A DNA stretch of 64,000 bases from an uncultured Flavobacteriales bacterium (GCA_905478185.1 CAJQHO010000013.1:9666-73665), one strand, 5' to 3'. Positions 19,605 to 28,778 are shown, numbered from the stretch's first letter. Made by a program: numbers and translations. The notes: a model not told the origin generated them from the letters alone.

Positions 19605-21137
19605 ATGATTGATATTAAAAAAAAACTAGGCGTTTTAGGAATTAAAGCATCTAATAATGGTACTTCAACAGGAGCTAATTCTTTTGGTGGTGGTGCTGAA
19701 ATTGAATCTTATTCTCCGGTAGATGGAAGTTTGATTGGAAAAGTTACTGCAACAACTCCAGAAGAATATGAAAAAGTAATGCAAGCTGCAACAGCTGCAT
19801 TTAAAGATTGGAGACTAAAACCTGCTCCACTTAGAGGGGAGATTGTTCGTCAGTATGGGGAAAAATTAAGGGCTTATAAACAAGAGTTGGGAGAGCTTGT
19901 TTCTTATGAAATGGGGAAATCTTTACAAGAAGGTTTAGGAGAGGTGCAAGAAATGATTGATATCTGTGATTTTGCTGTTGGTCTTTCTCGTCAGCTACAT
20001 GGTTTAACCATGCACTCTGAGCGTCCAGGACACAGAATGTACGAACAATATCATCCGCTTGGTGTAGTTGGAATTATTTCTGCATTTAATTTCCCGGTTG
20101 CTGTTTGGAACTGGAATACAGCATTAGCATGGATTTCAGGAGATACTTGTGTTTGGAAGGCGTCAGAAAAAGCACCTTTATGTGCCGTTGCTTGTCAAAA
20201 CATCTGGAATGAAGTAGCGAAAGAAAATGATTTACCAGAAGGAATTTCTTGTATCATAAATGGAGATTATAAGGTGGGTGAAATGATGACTTCTGACGAT
20301 AGATTACCTTTAATTTCTGCTACTGGTTCAACAAGAATGGGTAGAATTGTGGGTGCTGAGGTGGCTAAAAGATTCGGAACATCATTATTAGAATTAGGAG
20401 GAAATAATGCAATTATCATTACTCCAAATGCTGATTTAGAAATTACAATTATTGGTGCATTATTTGGTGCTGTTGGTACTTGCGGACAAAGATGTACTAC
20501 CACAAGAAGATTAATTATTCACGAATCCGTTTATGATGAGGTTAAGAATAAATTAGCGAAAGCTTATACTCAATTATCGATTGGCAATCCGTTAGATGAA
20601 AGTAATCATGTTGGACCGCTTATTGATAAAGATGCTGTAAATATGTATTTAAATGCTATAGAAAAAGCAAAAGAAGAGGGAGGGAATGTGTTGGTTGAAG
20701 GTGGTGTTTTAGGGGGTGAGGGTTATGAAAGTGGTTGTTATGTAAAACCAGTAATTATTGAAGCTGAAAATCATTTCCAAATTGTACAAGATGAAACTTT
20801 TGCTCCTATTTTATACATCATGAAATATACTGAGTTAGAAGAGGCTGTTGAAATGCAAAATGGTGTAAAACAAGGATTGTCTTCTGCTATTATGACAACT
20901 AATTTGCGTGAAGCTGAAAAATTCTTATCAGTTGCGGGTTCTGATTGTGGTATTGCAAATGTAAATATTGGTACTTCAGGTGCTGAAATCGGTGGTGCTT
21001 TTGGTGGGGAAAAAGAAACGGGTGGAGGAAGAGAAAGTGGCTCTGATGCTTGGAAAATTTACATGAGAAGACAAACAAATACAATTAACTATACTGAAGA
21101 ATTACCTTTAGCGCAAGGAATCAAGTTTGATTTGTAA
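19605..21137 (+). CDS. Aldehyde dehydrogenase, ALDH7/alpha-aminoadipic-semialdehyde (piperideine-6-carboxylate) dehydrogenase-like
   Basis: 510 aa with ELGGNNAII (catalytic Glu), GTCGQRCTTTRRL (catalytic Cys), EQYHPLGVVGIISAFNFPVAVW. Confidence 0.9.
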   Translation: MIDIKKKLGVLGIKASNNGTSTGANSFGGGAEIESYSPVDGSLIGKVTATTPEEYEKVMQAATAAFKDWRLKPAPLRGEIVRQYGEKLRAYKQELGELVSYEMGKSLQEGLGEVQEMIDICDFAVGLSRQLHGLTMHSERPGHRMYEQYHPLGVVGIISAFNFPVAVWNWNTALAWISGDTCVWKASEKAPLCAVACQNIWNEVAKENDLPEGISCIINGDYKVGEMMTSDDRLPLISATGSTRMGRIVGAEVAKRFGTSLLELGGNNAIIITPNADLEITIIGALFGAVGTCGQRCTTTRRLIIHESVYDEVKNKLAKAYTQLSIGNPLDESNHVGPLIDKDAVNMYLNAIEKAKEEGGNVLVEGGVLGGEGYESGCYVKPVIIEAENHFQIVQDETFAPILYIMKYTELEEAVEMQNGVKQGLSSAIMTTNLREAEKFLSVAGSDCGIANVNIGTSGAEIGGAFGGEKETGGGRESGSDAWKIYMRRQTNTINYTEELPLAQGIKFDL

Positions 21138-21166
21138 AACAGTTGTTGATTGCTATAAAATAATAA

Positions 21167-21195
21167 AAAACCCTGCTCTTTTTGAGTGGGGTTTT
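21167..21195 (+). terminator. Probable rho-independent terminator after the aldehyde dehydrogenase gene
   Basis: aaaaccctgctc / gagtggggtttt stem (12 bp including 2 G-U pairs), loop ttttt, followed by a T-rich tail. It overlaps the track's GTG start at 21186, which argues for the ATG at 21216 as the next gene's start. Confidence 0.5.
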
Positions 21196-21215
21196 ATTTT
21201 TTGTATTTTTCGAAA

Positions 21216-22322
21216 ATGAAAAGATTTCAAAGCCTACTAATTTATTTTTTATTACTACTTCCTTTTATTTCTTTTTGTCAAACTAATTCAGATTGCAGTG
21301 ATGTTACTATATCATCAGCAACTGTTAATGGTAGTTATACTGTAAATTCTTATTTAGAAAGTGACGGGATAAGAGATGGTAATGATTATTATGGCTCGAC
21401 AATATATTATCCAGAAAACACAAGTGGTTTATTACCAAGTATTATTATTATCCCAGGTTATGCTAACCCAGAATTAAGTATTCAAGCTTGGGGATCTTTT
21501 TTAGCTTCTCATGGTATTGTGTGTATGACTATTGGCACTAATAGTATTTGGGATGAGGTAATAGATAGAAAAGAAGCCCTACAAGATGCTTTAATTAGTT
21601 TGAAAGCTGAAAATAACCGAACAAACTCTCCTTTATTTAATAAGTTAGATACTAACCTTATTGCCCTTGGTGGTTGGTCAATGGGTGGTGGGGGTGCTCA
21701 ATTAGTTGCAGCTGAAGATCCTAATATAAAAGCAATTCTTGCTTTCTGTCCTTGGATCGACCCATCAGCTGTATCTCCTTCCTTGTTAAACCACGGCGCT
21801 CCAATTCTCATTTTTAGCGGACAAATTGATTTTGTAGCTCCGCCAGGTACTCATGCTGATATACAGTACAACTACACCCCAAGTTCTACAAAAAAACTTA
21901 AATATGAAGTGTTTGGTGGTGGGCACACAATTGCAAACACTCCTTTAGGTGGGTTTGGTGAGGTGGGAAGAATGGGTCTTTCTTGGTTAAAAAAACACCT
22001 TGTTAATGACAGTTGCTACTGCCCTTTATTGTTAGACACGCCAACTACAGCTTCTGATTATGAAACCAACATAGATTGCTCCACCTCTACTGGTGTTGTT
22101 GATTATATAAATGATTTAATTGTTTATCCTAATCCGTCAAGTAGTACAATTACTTTGAAGGGGGTGTTAATCAAAAACAATATTTATCAAATTATAAGTA
22201 TAGATGGTAAGGTGTTAAAGAGTGAAGTCTTAAAAACCTCTAAAATTGATGTTTCTTTTTTAAAAAAGGGAGTCTATTTTTTAGACTATGAAAATCGGAA
22301 AATAAAAATAATTAAAAATTAG
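21216..22322 (+). CDS. Secreted PETase/cutinase-like (dienelactone-hydrolase-fold) polyesterase homologue with a type A T9SS C-terminal sorting domain
   Basis: Signal peptide MKRFQSLLIYFLLLLPFISFCQ. Motif blocks YYP, IIPGY, LASHG, T-I-G-TNS, GWSMGGGG (Ser codon 21678..21680), CPW, ILIFSGQIDFVAP (Asp 21828..21830) and GGGHTIAN (His 21924..21926). C-terminal VYPNPSSSTITL...GVYFLDYENRKIKIIKN is a Por_Secre_tail-type CTD. Confidence 0.85.
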   Translation: MKRFQSLLIYFLLLLPFISFCQTNSDCSDVTISSATVNGSYTVNSYLESDGIRDGNDYYGSTIYYPENTSGLLPSIIIIPGYANPELSIQAWGSFLASHGIVCMTIGTNSIWDEVIDRKEALQDALISLKAENNRTNSPLFNKLDTNLIALGGWSMGGGGAQLVAAEDPNIKAILAFCPWIDPSAVSPSLLNHGAPILIFSGQIDFVAPPGTHADIQYNYTPSSTKKLKYEVFGGGHTIANTPLGGFGEVGRMGLSWLKKHLVNDSCYCPLLLDTPTTASDYETNIDCSTSTGVVDYINDLIVYPNPSSSTITLKGVLIKNNIYQIISIDGKVLKSEVLKTSKIDVSFLKKGVYFLDYENRKIKIIKN

Positions 22323-23353
22323 TTTTCTTTTTTATCCAACTCAATTCTCTCGTCTCTATTTGCAAGTTCCCATGCGGTTAAAAAAACCAAGCGCGTAATA
22401 GTTTCAATTTTTTGAAAATCAATTTTTTCTACAGTGTCTGTTACTTTGTGATAGTCTTCATGAATACCATTAAAATAGAAAATTACGGGAATGTTATTTT
22501 TAGCAAAATTATAATGATCAGATCGGTAATAATATCGGTTAGGGTCGTCCTCTTCATTAAATTTATAGTCTAATTCTAAACCAATATGCTCTTTATTTAC
22601 TTGTTCGTTTATATCGTGCAGCTCTTGGCTTAGCCTGTCTGCCCCTATAAGGTATACATAATTAGGATTGTCTTTAAAATCTCCTATCCTTCCAATCATA
22701 TCAATATTTAGGTTTGCTACTGTTTTTTCTAAAGGATAAATTGGGTGGTCTGTGTAGTATTTACTTCCTAATAATCCTTTTTCTTCTCCTGAAACTGCCA
22801 TTACTAAAACAGATCTTCTTGGTCCCTGCCCTGCTTTTTTAGCAAGCATAAAGGCTTCTGCTGTTTCCATTGCTGCAACCGTTCCGCTTCCATCATCATC
22901 AGCCCCATTAAAAATTAAACTATCATGTTTTCCTAAATGATCATAGTGAGCGGTAATAATAATAAGTTCGTCTTTTAGGTCTGTTCCTTCAATATAACCC
23001 AAAACATTTTCTCCTTTTATTTTCTTTTTATTTCCAAATATCTTTTTTATTAGGCTCTGATCGCAATCATCACATTTACAAAGATGTCTGCCTGACTTTA
23101 CTTTGAATTTCTGATAGTAGGTTTTCTTTTTATAGGGTGGTATTCCTATTTTTTTAAAATGATTCATTATATAGTCAGCTGCCATTTTTTGTCCTGGCTT
23201 TCCTGTTTCTCTACCTTCTAAAGAATCAGATGCAAGTATTGTAAGGTGTTTTTCTAAATCTGAAGCAATAATTGTTTCTGAGTATTTTATATTGTCTTGA
23301 GAAAAAGAAGAAGTTGATATTCCTATAAAAAATATAAATATTATTTTTTTCAT
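22319..23353 (-). CDS. M28 family zinc aminopeptidase, secreted
   Basis: 344 aa with a signal peptide. HYDHLG, GADDDGSGTVA, SGEEKGLLGS and SDHYNFA are M28 metal-ligand blocks. Confidence 0.9.
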   Translation of the reverse strand: MKKIIFIFFIGISTSSFSQDNIKYSETIIASDLEKHLTILASDSLEGRETGKPGQKMAADYIMNHFKKIGIPPYKKKTYYQKFKVKSGRHLCKCDDCDQSLIKKIFGNKKKIKGENVLGYIEGTDLKDELIIITAHYDHLGKHDSLIFNGADDDGSGTVAAMETAEAFMLAKKAGQGPRRSVLVMAVSGEEKGLLGSKYYTDHPIYPLEKTVANLNIDMIGRIGDFKDNPNYVYLIGADRLSQELHDINEQVNKEHIGLELDYKFNEEDDPNRYYYRSDHYNFAKNNIPVIFYFNGIHEDYHKVTDTVEKIDFQKIETITRLVFLTAWELANRDERIELDKKEN

Positions 23354-23354
23354 A

Positions 23355-23786
23355 TTAACAACAAGATATTTTATTTACTCTAGTTTCATGTCTTCCTCCT
23401 TCAAAATCTGTATTTAAAAAAGTATCTACAATTTTTTCTACTTCTTGCCATTCTAAATGTCTGGCTGGCATAGTAAGTATATTAGCATTATTATGTAATC
23501 TCGCTTGTTCTGCAATATGAGTATTCCAACAAAGTGCCGCTCTAATTCCCTGGTGTTTATTAGCCGACATATTAATTCCATTACCCGTTCCACAAAATTG
23601 AATACCCAAATTGTTTTCCTTTTTTTCAATACTTTCAGCCAATTTGTGTGCAAAATCTGGGTAGTCCACACTCTCCAAAGAAAAGCATCCATAATCTCTT
23701 ATTTCATTACCTTTACTAGATAAAAGTTCTTTTATTTTTTCTTTATATTCAAACCCTGCATGATCACAAGCTACCCCTATTTTCAT
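23355..23786 (-). CDS. rpiB: Ribose-5-phosphate isomerase B
   Basis: 143 aa with MKIGVACDHAGFEYKE, CGTGNGINMSANK, RAALCW, NNANILTMPAR. Confidence 0.95.
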   Translation of the reverse strand: MKIGVACDHAGFEYKEKIKELLSSKGNEIRDYGCFSLESVDYPDFAHKLAESIEKKENNLGIQFCGTGNGINMSANKHQGIRAALCWNTHIAEQARLHNNANILTMPARHLEWQEVEKIVDTFLNTDFEGGRHETRVNKISCC

Positions 23787-24337
23787 AATTTATTATTTTA
23801 ACAGTGTGTTAGTAATTTTAAAATTTAACCTAGTAGGTTTATTTTACTTATTAATATTTATTTTAAAAATATGTTAATAAATAAGTAACCAAATAAAACA
23901 ACTTCTCTTTTATTTATAATTATAAAAACTAAGCTTTTATCAATTTTTAAAGTCAAGTAAAATTATTGTTTTTTATATTCTACTTTTAAACTCACTTATT
24001 AACTTTATTTAATTGTAAAAATAGTTTTATTTATTAAAATAAAGCTGTTGGTTTAGCTTATTAACAACTATTTATAAGTGTTAATATAATATTTAAGTAG
24101 TTGATTATTAAAATTTAAAAATTAACAATTATTTAAAAAAGTGTTAGTTTGTTTTAATATATAATATAAACTAAAAATTACAACTACATTTATTAACTGA
24201 GTTAACATTTATATATATAAATTATATTTATTTTTAATTTTTAAAATAACTTATATATATTATAATATAAAAATAAACTCAATTTTTAATTTTATAAAAT
24301 TATTGTACTTTTACAACTCACTAATAAATTTAAAAAT
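23787..24337. other. Unusually long (551 bp), extremely AT-rich (about 13% GC by hand count) non-coding divergent region
   Basis: No ORF of 60 aa or more on either strand. All other intergenic gaps in the window are under about 125 bp. It contains three copies of TTATTAAC and a near-consensus -7 box TACTTTTA (24306..24313) upstream of the ATG at 24338. Confidence 0.7.
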
Positions 24338-26362
24338 ATGAAAAAAATATTTACTTTATCTACCGCTTTACTTTTAGTTGGTAGTGTTTTTTCACAAGGA
24401 ACATCAGTTACTTTTTGTGATGACTTTGATTCTTATCAAAATGGAGATCCTATTGCAGCAACTTCTTCTGATTGGGAAACTTGGGGGTCTATTACATCTC
24501 CAACTCCTCCTTATGTAGATGATGCTGATGTAACTAATATATTATCAAATTCTGGAGATTTTTCTTTGTATTTTGAGGCAGTAGGAGCAGGAGGACCACA
24601 AGATGTTGTACTTCCTTTTGGTTCAGGTACTCCATATACTATTGGAGATTTTGAATTTTCAGCAAACTTTTTTGTTAATCAAGGAACAGGCGCATATTTT
24701 AATTTTCAAGCCGAAAATACTCCAGGAACAACATGGAGTTTAGATGTACAAATGGACGCAACAGGTAATATTTCTTTTCAAAATGGAGGAGGTGCAACAA
24801 TTTTTTTAACATCAACATATCCTATGAATACATGGTTTGAAATTAAAACTGTTGTTGATTTAACAAATAATAATTGGGAAATATTTATAGATAATCAATC
24901 TCAAGGAAGTTTTACAAATACAGTTAATAAAATAGCATCATTAGATTTATATCCGATTACAGGACATCAATTTTATGTAGATGATGTTTGTTATTCTTAT
25001 ACTCCAGTGTTTTTAGAAAATTTAAATGCTCAAGTTTCATCAGTTACTCCAATAACAGGTTTAACAGGTCAAACAAGAAATCCTTCTGTAGAAATTAGAA
25101 ATTTAGGTTTAACTAACGTTACTTCTTTTGATGTTGATTTTGAATATAATGGAAATACAATTACTGAAAATATTAGTGGATTAAATATGGTTACTCTTGA
25201 TGTTTATCAGGTTAATTTTAACAACTCTATTTCTTTAATTGCTGGAACAAATCCAGGAATAGCTACTGTATATAATGTTAACGGTTTAGGTCAAGATGAT
25301 GAACCTTTAGATGATCAAATGACAATAAATATAGCATCTATTACACCTGCAGCAGGAAAAGTAGTAATTGGTGAGGAAGCAACAGGTACATGGTGCGGTT
25401 GGTGTCCTAGAGGTGCTGTAGCTTTAAACTGGATGGATCATGATTATGAAGGATATTGGCAAGGTATTGCTGTACACAATGGAGACCCAATGACAGATGC
25501 TGATTATGATAATGGAATGGCTCCATATATAGGGGGATATCCAAGCGGAATGGTTGATAGAGGACAAGAAATAGATCCAGGAGCCTTTAAAAATGATTTT
25601 TTACAAAGAATAATTATTGAACCAAACGGAGTAATTACAAATGGAGCAGCATTAAATGGAGATACTCTTAAAGTTAATTTAAATGTTAATTTTCAAAATT
25701 CAGTAAGTGGAAATTATAAGCTAGCATGTGTTTTAGTAGAAGATTCGGTTACAGGAACAACACCTCAATATTATCAATCTAATTCATATAGCGGAGGATC
25801 TTCTTTAATAGATGTAGATGGAAGTGATTGGGCAAATAAACCATCTAATGTTCCTGCATCACAAATGGTATACAGACATGTAGCTAGAGGAATTGCTCCA
25901 AACTTTAATGGAAGTCCATTAGCAAATACGTCATATAATTCTGGAGATACTGAAACTTTATGTTTCGAATTTACTTTAGACCCATCATGGGATTTATCAA
26001 AAATTCATATTGTTGGGATGTTAATAGACAATGGAAATATGATTGATAACGCCTCTTCAAGCTCTATAGGTGATGCAGAAAATTTAGGATATACTGCTTG
26101 TGCAACAACTTCAACAGGACTAGAATTAAATGGACCAGATAAAATAAATATTTATCCAAATCCAGCAACTGATAATATTTATATTTCAAATTTATTTGAA
26201 AAATCTATTATTAAAATTTATGATATTCAAGGTAAACTAGTTTTAGAAAATAAAATATCAAATAAAGAATATGTAAATATTTCAACCCTAGCTAAAGGAA
26301 TTTATCAAGTTAAGTTTGAAGGAAATAATTTAAATGAAACAAGAAAATTAATTGTAGAATAA
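24338..26362 (+). CDS. T9SS-sorted secreted multidomain protein with a thioredoxin-like/Omp28-related CxxC module
   Basis: 674 aa with a signal peptide. The N-terminal ~220 aa look like a jelly-roll/LamG-type domain, followed by a CARDB-like Ig domain. Then GEEATGTWCGWCPRG (Cys codons 25394..25396 and 25403..25405). C-terminal INIYPNPATDNIYI...GIYQVKFEG...RKLIVE is a type A T9SS CTD. Confidence 0.8.
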   Translation: MKKIFTLSTALLLVGSVFSQGTSVTFCDDFDSYQNGDPIAATSSDWETWGSITSPTPPYVDDADVTNILSNSGDFSLYFEAVGAGGPQDVVLPFGSGTPYTIGDFEFSANFFVNQGTGAYFNFQAENTPGTTWSLDVQMDATGNISFQNGGGATIFLTSTYPMNTWFEIKTVVDLTNNNWEIFIDNQSQGSFTNTVNKIASLDLYPITGHQFYVDDVCYSYTPVFLENLNAQVSSVTPITGLTGQTRNPSVEIRNLGLTNVTSFDVDFEYNGNTITENISGLNMVTLDVYQVNFNNSISLIAGTNPGIATVYNVNGLGQDDEPLDDQMTINIASITPAAGKVVIGEEATGTWCGWCPRGAVALNWMDHDYEGYWQGIAVHNGDPMTDADYDNGMAPYIGGYPSGMVDRGQEIDPGAFKNDFLQRIIIEPNGVITNGAALNGDTLKVNLNVNFQNSVSGNYKLACVLVEDSVTGTTPQYYQSNSYSGGSSLIDVDGSDWANKPSNVPASQMVYRHVARGIAPNFNGSPLANTSYNSGDTETLCFEFTLDPSWDLSKIHIVGMLIDNGNMIDNASSSSIGDAENLGYTACATTSTGLELNGPDKINIYPNPATDNIYISNLFEKSIIKIYDIQGKLVLENKISNKEYVNISTLAKGIYQVKFEGNNLNETRKLIVE

Positions 26363-28495
26363 TTAAACTAAAATAAAATCCATTTGCTTTCTTTCTAAGT
26401 CAGCTCTTTGTATTTTAATTTTAACTTTTTGCCCTAGTTGGTAACTGACTTTTGTTCGGTATCCAATTAGGGCATATTTTTTTTCATCATAAATATAATG
26501 ATCATCTTTTATACTACTAACCTTAACCAAGCCCTCACATTTATTTTCTATAATTTCTACATACAAACCCCATTCAGTTACACCAGAAACCACACCCTCA
26601 AAGGAATCACCAATTTTATTTTTAAGGAATTTTACCTGCATGTATTTAATAGAATCTCGTTCAGCAGTTGATGCTACTTTTTCCATTTCAGAACAGTGTT
26701 TACAAACCTTCTCTAAATTTTCTTTACCTACTGAAGTTGCACCATTAATATAATCTTCTAGTAACCTATGAACTATTAAATCAGGGTATCTTCTAATGGG
26801 AGAAGTAAAATGAGAGTAATAATCAAAAGCCAACCCATAATGACCAATGTTATTAGTTGAATAAACAGCTTTTGCCATTGAACGAATAGTTAATGTTTCA
26901 ACCATTTGTTGTTCTTTTTTACCCTTCACTTTTTTAAGCAAATCATTTAATGATTCTGAAAGTTTATTTGAATTTTCATTATTTATAGAGTGTCCAAACT
27001 TTTTTACAATATTATTTAAAGTTGAAATTCTATCTGTATCTGGCAAATCATGAACTCTATACACAAATGATTTAGCAACTTTTTTTGGAAACCCAATATG
27101 TTTAGCAACTGTTTTGTTTGCTAAAAGCATAAACTCCTCAATCAAATGATTGGTTGATAAACTCTCTTTAAAATAAACATCTATAGGGTTATTGTCTTTA
27201 TCTAAAATAAATTTAACCTCAGTGCTTTCAAAATTTATTGACCCCTTTTTTTTTCTTTTTATTCTTAATACTTTAGATAATTTATCTAACAAAAGCAACT
27301 CAACCGAAAGCTCTCCTTTTTTATTATCAATAACATCCTGTGCTGTTTGGTAAGTAAAACGAACATCAGAATGAATAACGGTTTTTGCTATTTTGTAATC
27401 AACCAAATTTGCTTTTTCATCCATTTCAAACAAAACCGAGTAGGCTAAACGATCAACATTTGGTTTTAATGAACAGATATTATTAGATAGTATTTCAGGA
27501 AGCATTGGAATAACTCTATCCACCAAATAAACAGAAGTAGCCCTTTCAACAGCTTCTTTGTCAATAATACCCCCTTTTTTCACATAATGAGATACATCAG
27601 CAATATGCACTCCTATTTCCCAATTTCCATTAGTTAGTTTTTTTACTGATAATGCATCATCAAAGTCTTTTGCGTCCTTTGGATCAATAGTAAAAGTAGT
27701 TGTTTTTCTAAGGTCTAAACGATTCTTAATTTCTTCAACTGATATTTTCTTAGCTATACTATTTGCTGATTTTTCAACTTCTTTTGGGAATTTTGGTGCA
27801 AAACCATAATCATAAAGAATAGAGTTTATTTCGGTATTATGGTCATCAACTTTTCCAATTATTTCAACAACCTTACCAATAGGGTTTTTATAATTTTCAT
27901 TCCAACCCTCTACTTTTACCAATACTTTTTTGTTTAAGTATTCTTTTCTAACTGATTTTGGTGGTATAAAAACATCAAAAGAAACCCTTCTATCATCAGT
28001 TATTAAAAAATAATTTGATGACGAATTATCTATTACACCAACAAATTCGGTCTTTTTTCTTTTAATAACACTCACAACCTCTCCCTCTTGTTTTTTATTT
28101 ATTTTTGTAAAAAGCAACACTTCCACCTCATCACCCGCTAAGGCAAATTGACTGTATTCTTTTGGGATGAAAACCTCATTTTCATCATCAATATTTGCAT
28201 AAACACCTCTTTGATTAGTGTTTTTTATAGTGGTAATAATTTTTGACGTCTTCTCCTTCAGCCTAAACGCATCCCTTTGAGTTTCTTCTAAAACACCCGA
28301 TAAAACCATATCTTTCATTACATCAATTATCTGGATTTTCACACCCATTTCTTTAACTTTTAAAATTTTACCAACTTGTTTGTAATTTAGCTTCATTTTA
28401 GAATTTTCTCTAAAAATTACTAATAACAAATCATATAGACGAGTGTTTGAAAACTCACCTTTTCTATTTTTCTTAGATTTTTTCTTTTTCTTCAT
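26363..28495 (-). CDS. rnr: Ribonuclease R
   Basis: 710 aa with the RNB catalytic region (TIDPKDAKDFDDALSV, VHIADVSHYV, MLPE.LSN..CSL, HYGLA...YSHFTSPIRRYPDL.VHR) and a C-terminal S1 domain. Confidence 0.95.
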   Translation of the reverse strand: MKKKKKSKKNRKGEFSNTRLYDLLLVIFRENSKMKLNYKQVGKILKVKEMGVKIQIIDVMKDMVLSGVLEETQRDAFRLKEKTSKIITTIKNTNQRGVYANIDDENEVFIPKEYSQFALAGDEVEVLLFTKINKKQEGEVVSVIKRKKTEFVGVIDNSSSNYFLITDDRRVSFDVFIPPKSVRKEYLNKKVLVKVEGWNENYKNPIGKVVEIIGKVDDHNTEINSILYDYGFAPKFPKEVEKSANSIAKKISVEEIKNRLDLRKTTTFTIDPKDAKDFDDALSVKKLTNGNWEIGVHIADVSHYVKKGGIIDKEAVERATSVYLVDRVIPMLPEILSNNICSLKPNVDRLAYSVLFEMDEKANLVDYKIAKTVIHSDVRFTYQTAQDVIDNKKGELSVELLLLDKLSKVLRIKRKKKGSINFESTEVKFILDKDNNPIDVYFKESLSTNHLIEEFMLLANKTVAKHIGFPKKVAKSFVYRVHDLPDTDRISTLNNIVKKFGHSINNENSNKLSESLNDLLKKVKGKKEQQMVETLTIRSMAKAVYSTNNIGHYGLAFDYYSHFTSPIRRYPDLIVHRLLEDYINGATSVGKENLEKVCKHCSEMEKVASTAERDSIKYMQVKFLKNKIGDSFEGVVSGVTEWGLYVEIIENKCEGLVKVSSIKDDHYIYDEKKYALIGYRTKVSYQLGQKVKIKIQRADLERKQMDFILV

Positions 28496-28505
28496 ATTAT
28501 TGTGG

Positions 28506-28513
28506 CAAAAATA
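28506..28513 (-). promoter_or_regulatory. -7 promoter box (TATTTTTG), 10 nt upstream of the rnr ATG
   Basis: The minus strand reads TATTTTTG. The short spacing implies a very short or absent leader. Confidence 0.4.
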
Positions 28514-28532
28514 ATAGTAATTTTACCATCAA

Positions 28533-28778
28533 GTGCTAATTAAAAGTAAACATATCATTATCTTGTTGTTAAGTGTTTTGATTTTATCGTCATGCAGAAC
28601 AAAAAAGAAAACGTTTAACGGTACTTCAACTCTAAAATGTGCTGATTATGATGGGTCGTCTACCAAAACAAAAGAAAAGAAAAAAACAAAATGGAGTTTA
28701 GTGCTTTATAAAGATGGAGATAAGGTTGGAGGAAAAACTAAAAAAGGAAAAAGCAGACTTTTTAAAAAGAAAAAATAG
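28533..28778 (+). CDS. Small lysine-rich putative lipoprotein
   Basis: 81 aa, GTG start, lipobox LILSSC. The remainder is highly basic (KKKTKW..GGKTKKGKSRLFKKKK). I recognise no family. Confidence 0.4.
   Translation: MLIKSKHIIILLLSVLILSSCRTKKKTFNGTSTLKCADYDGSSTKTKEKKKTKWSLVLYKDGDKVGGKTKKGKSRLFKKKK

Noticed and set aside
23787-24337. The AT-rich block as a replication origin (oriC)
   Set aside because: I could find no DnaA-box-like 9-mers (TTATCCACA and close variants), and no dnaA, dnaN or other origin-linked genes are nearby. AT-richness alone is insufficient.
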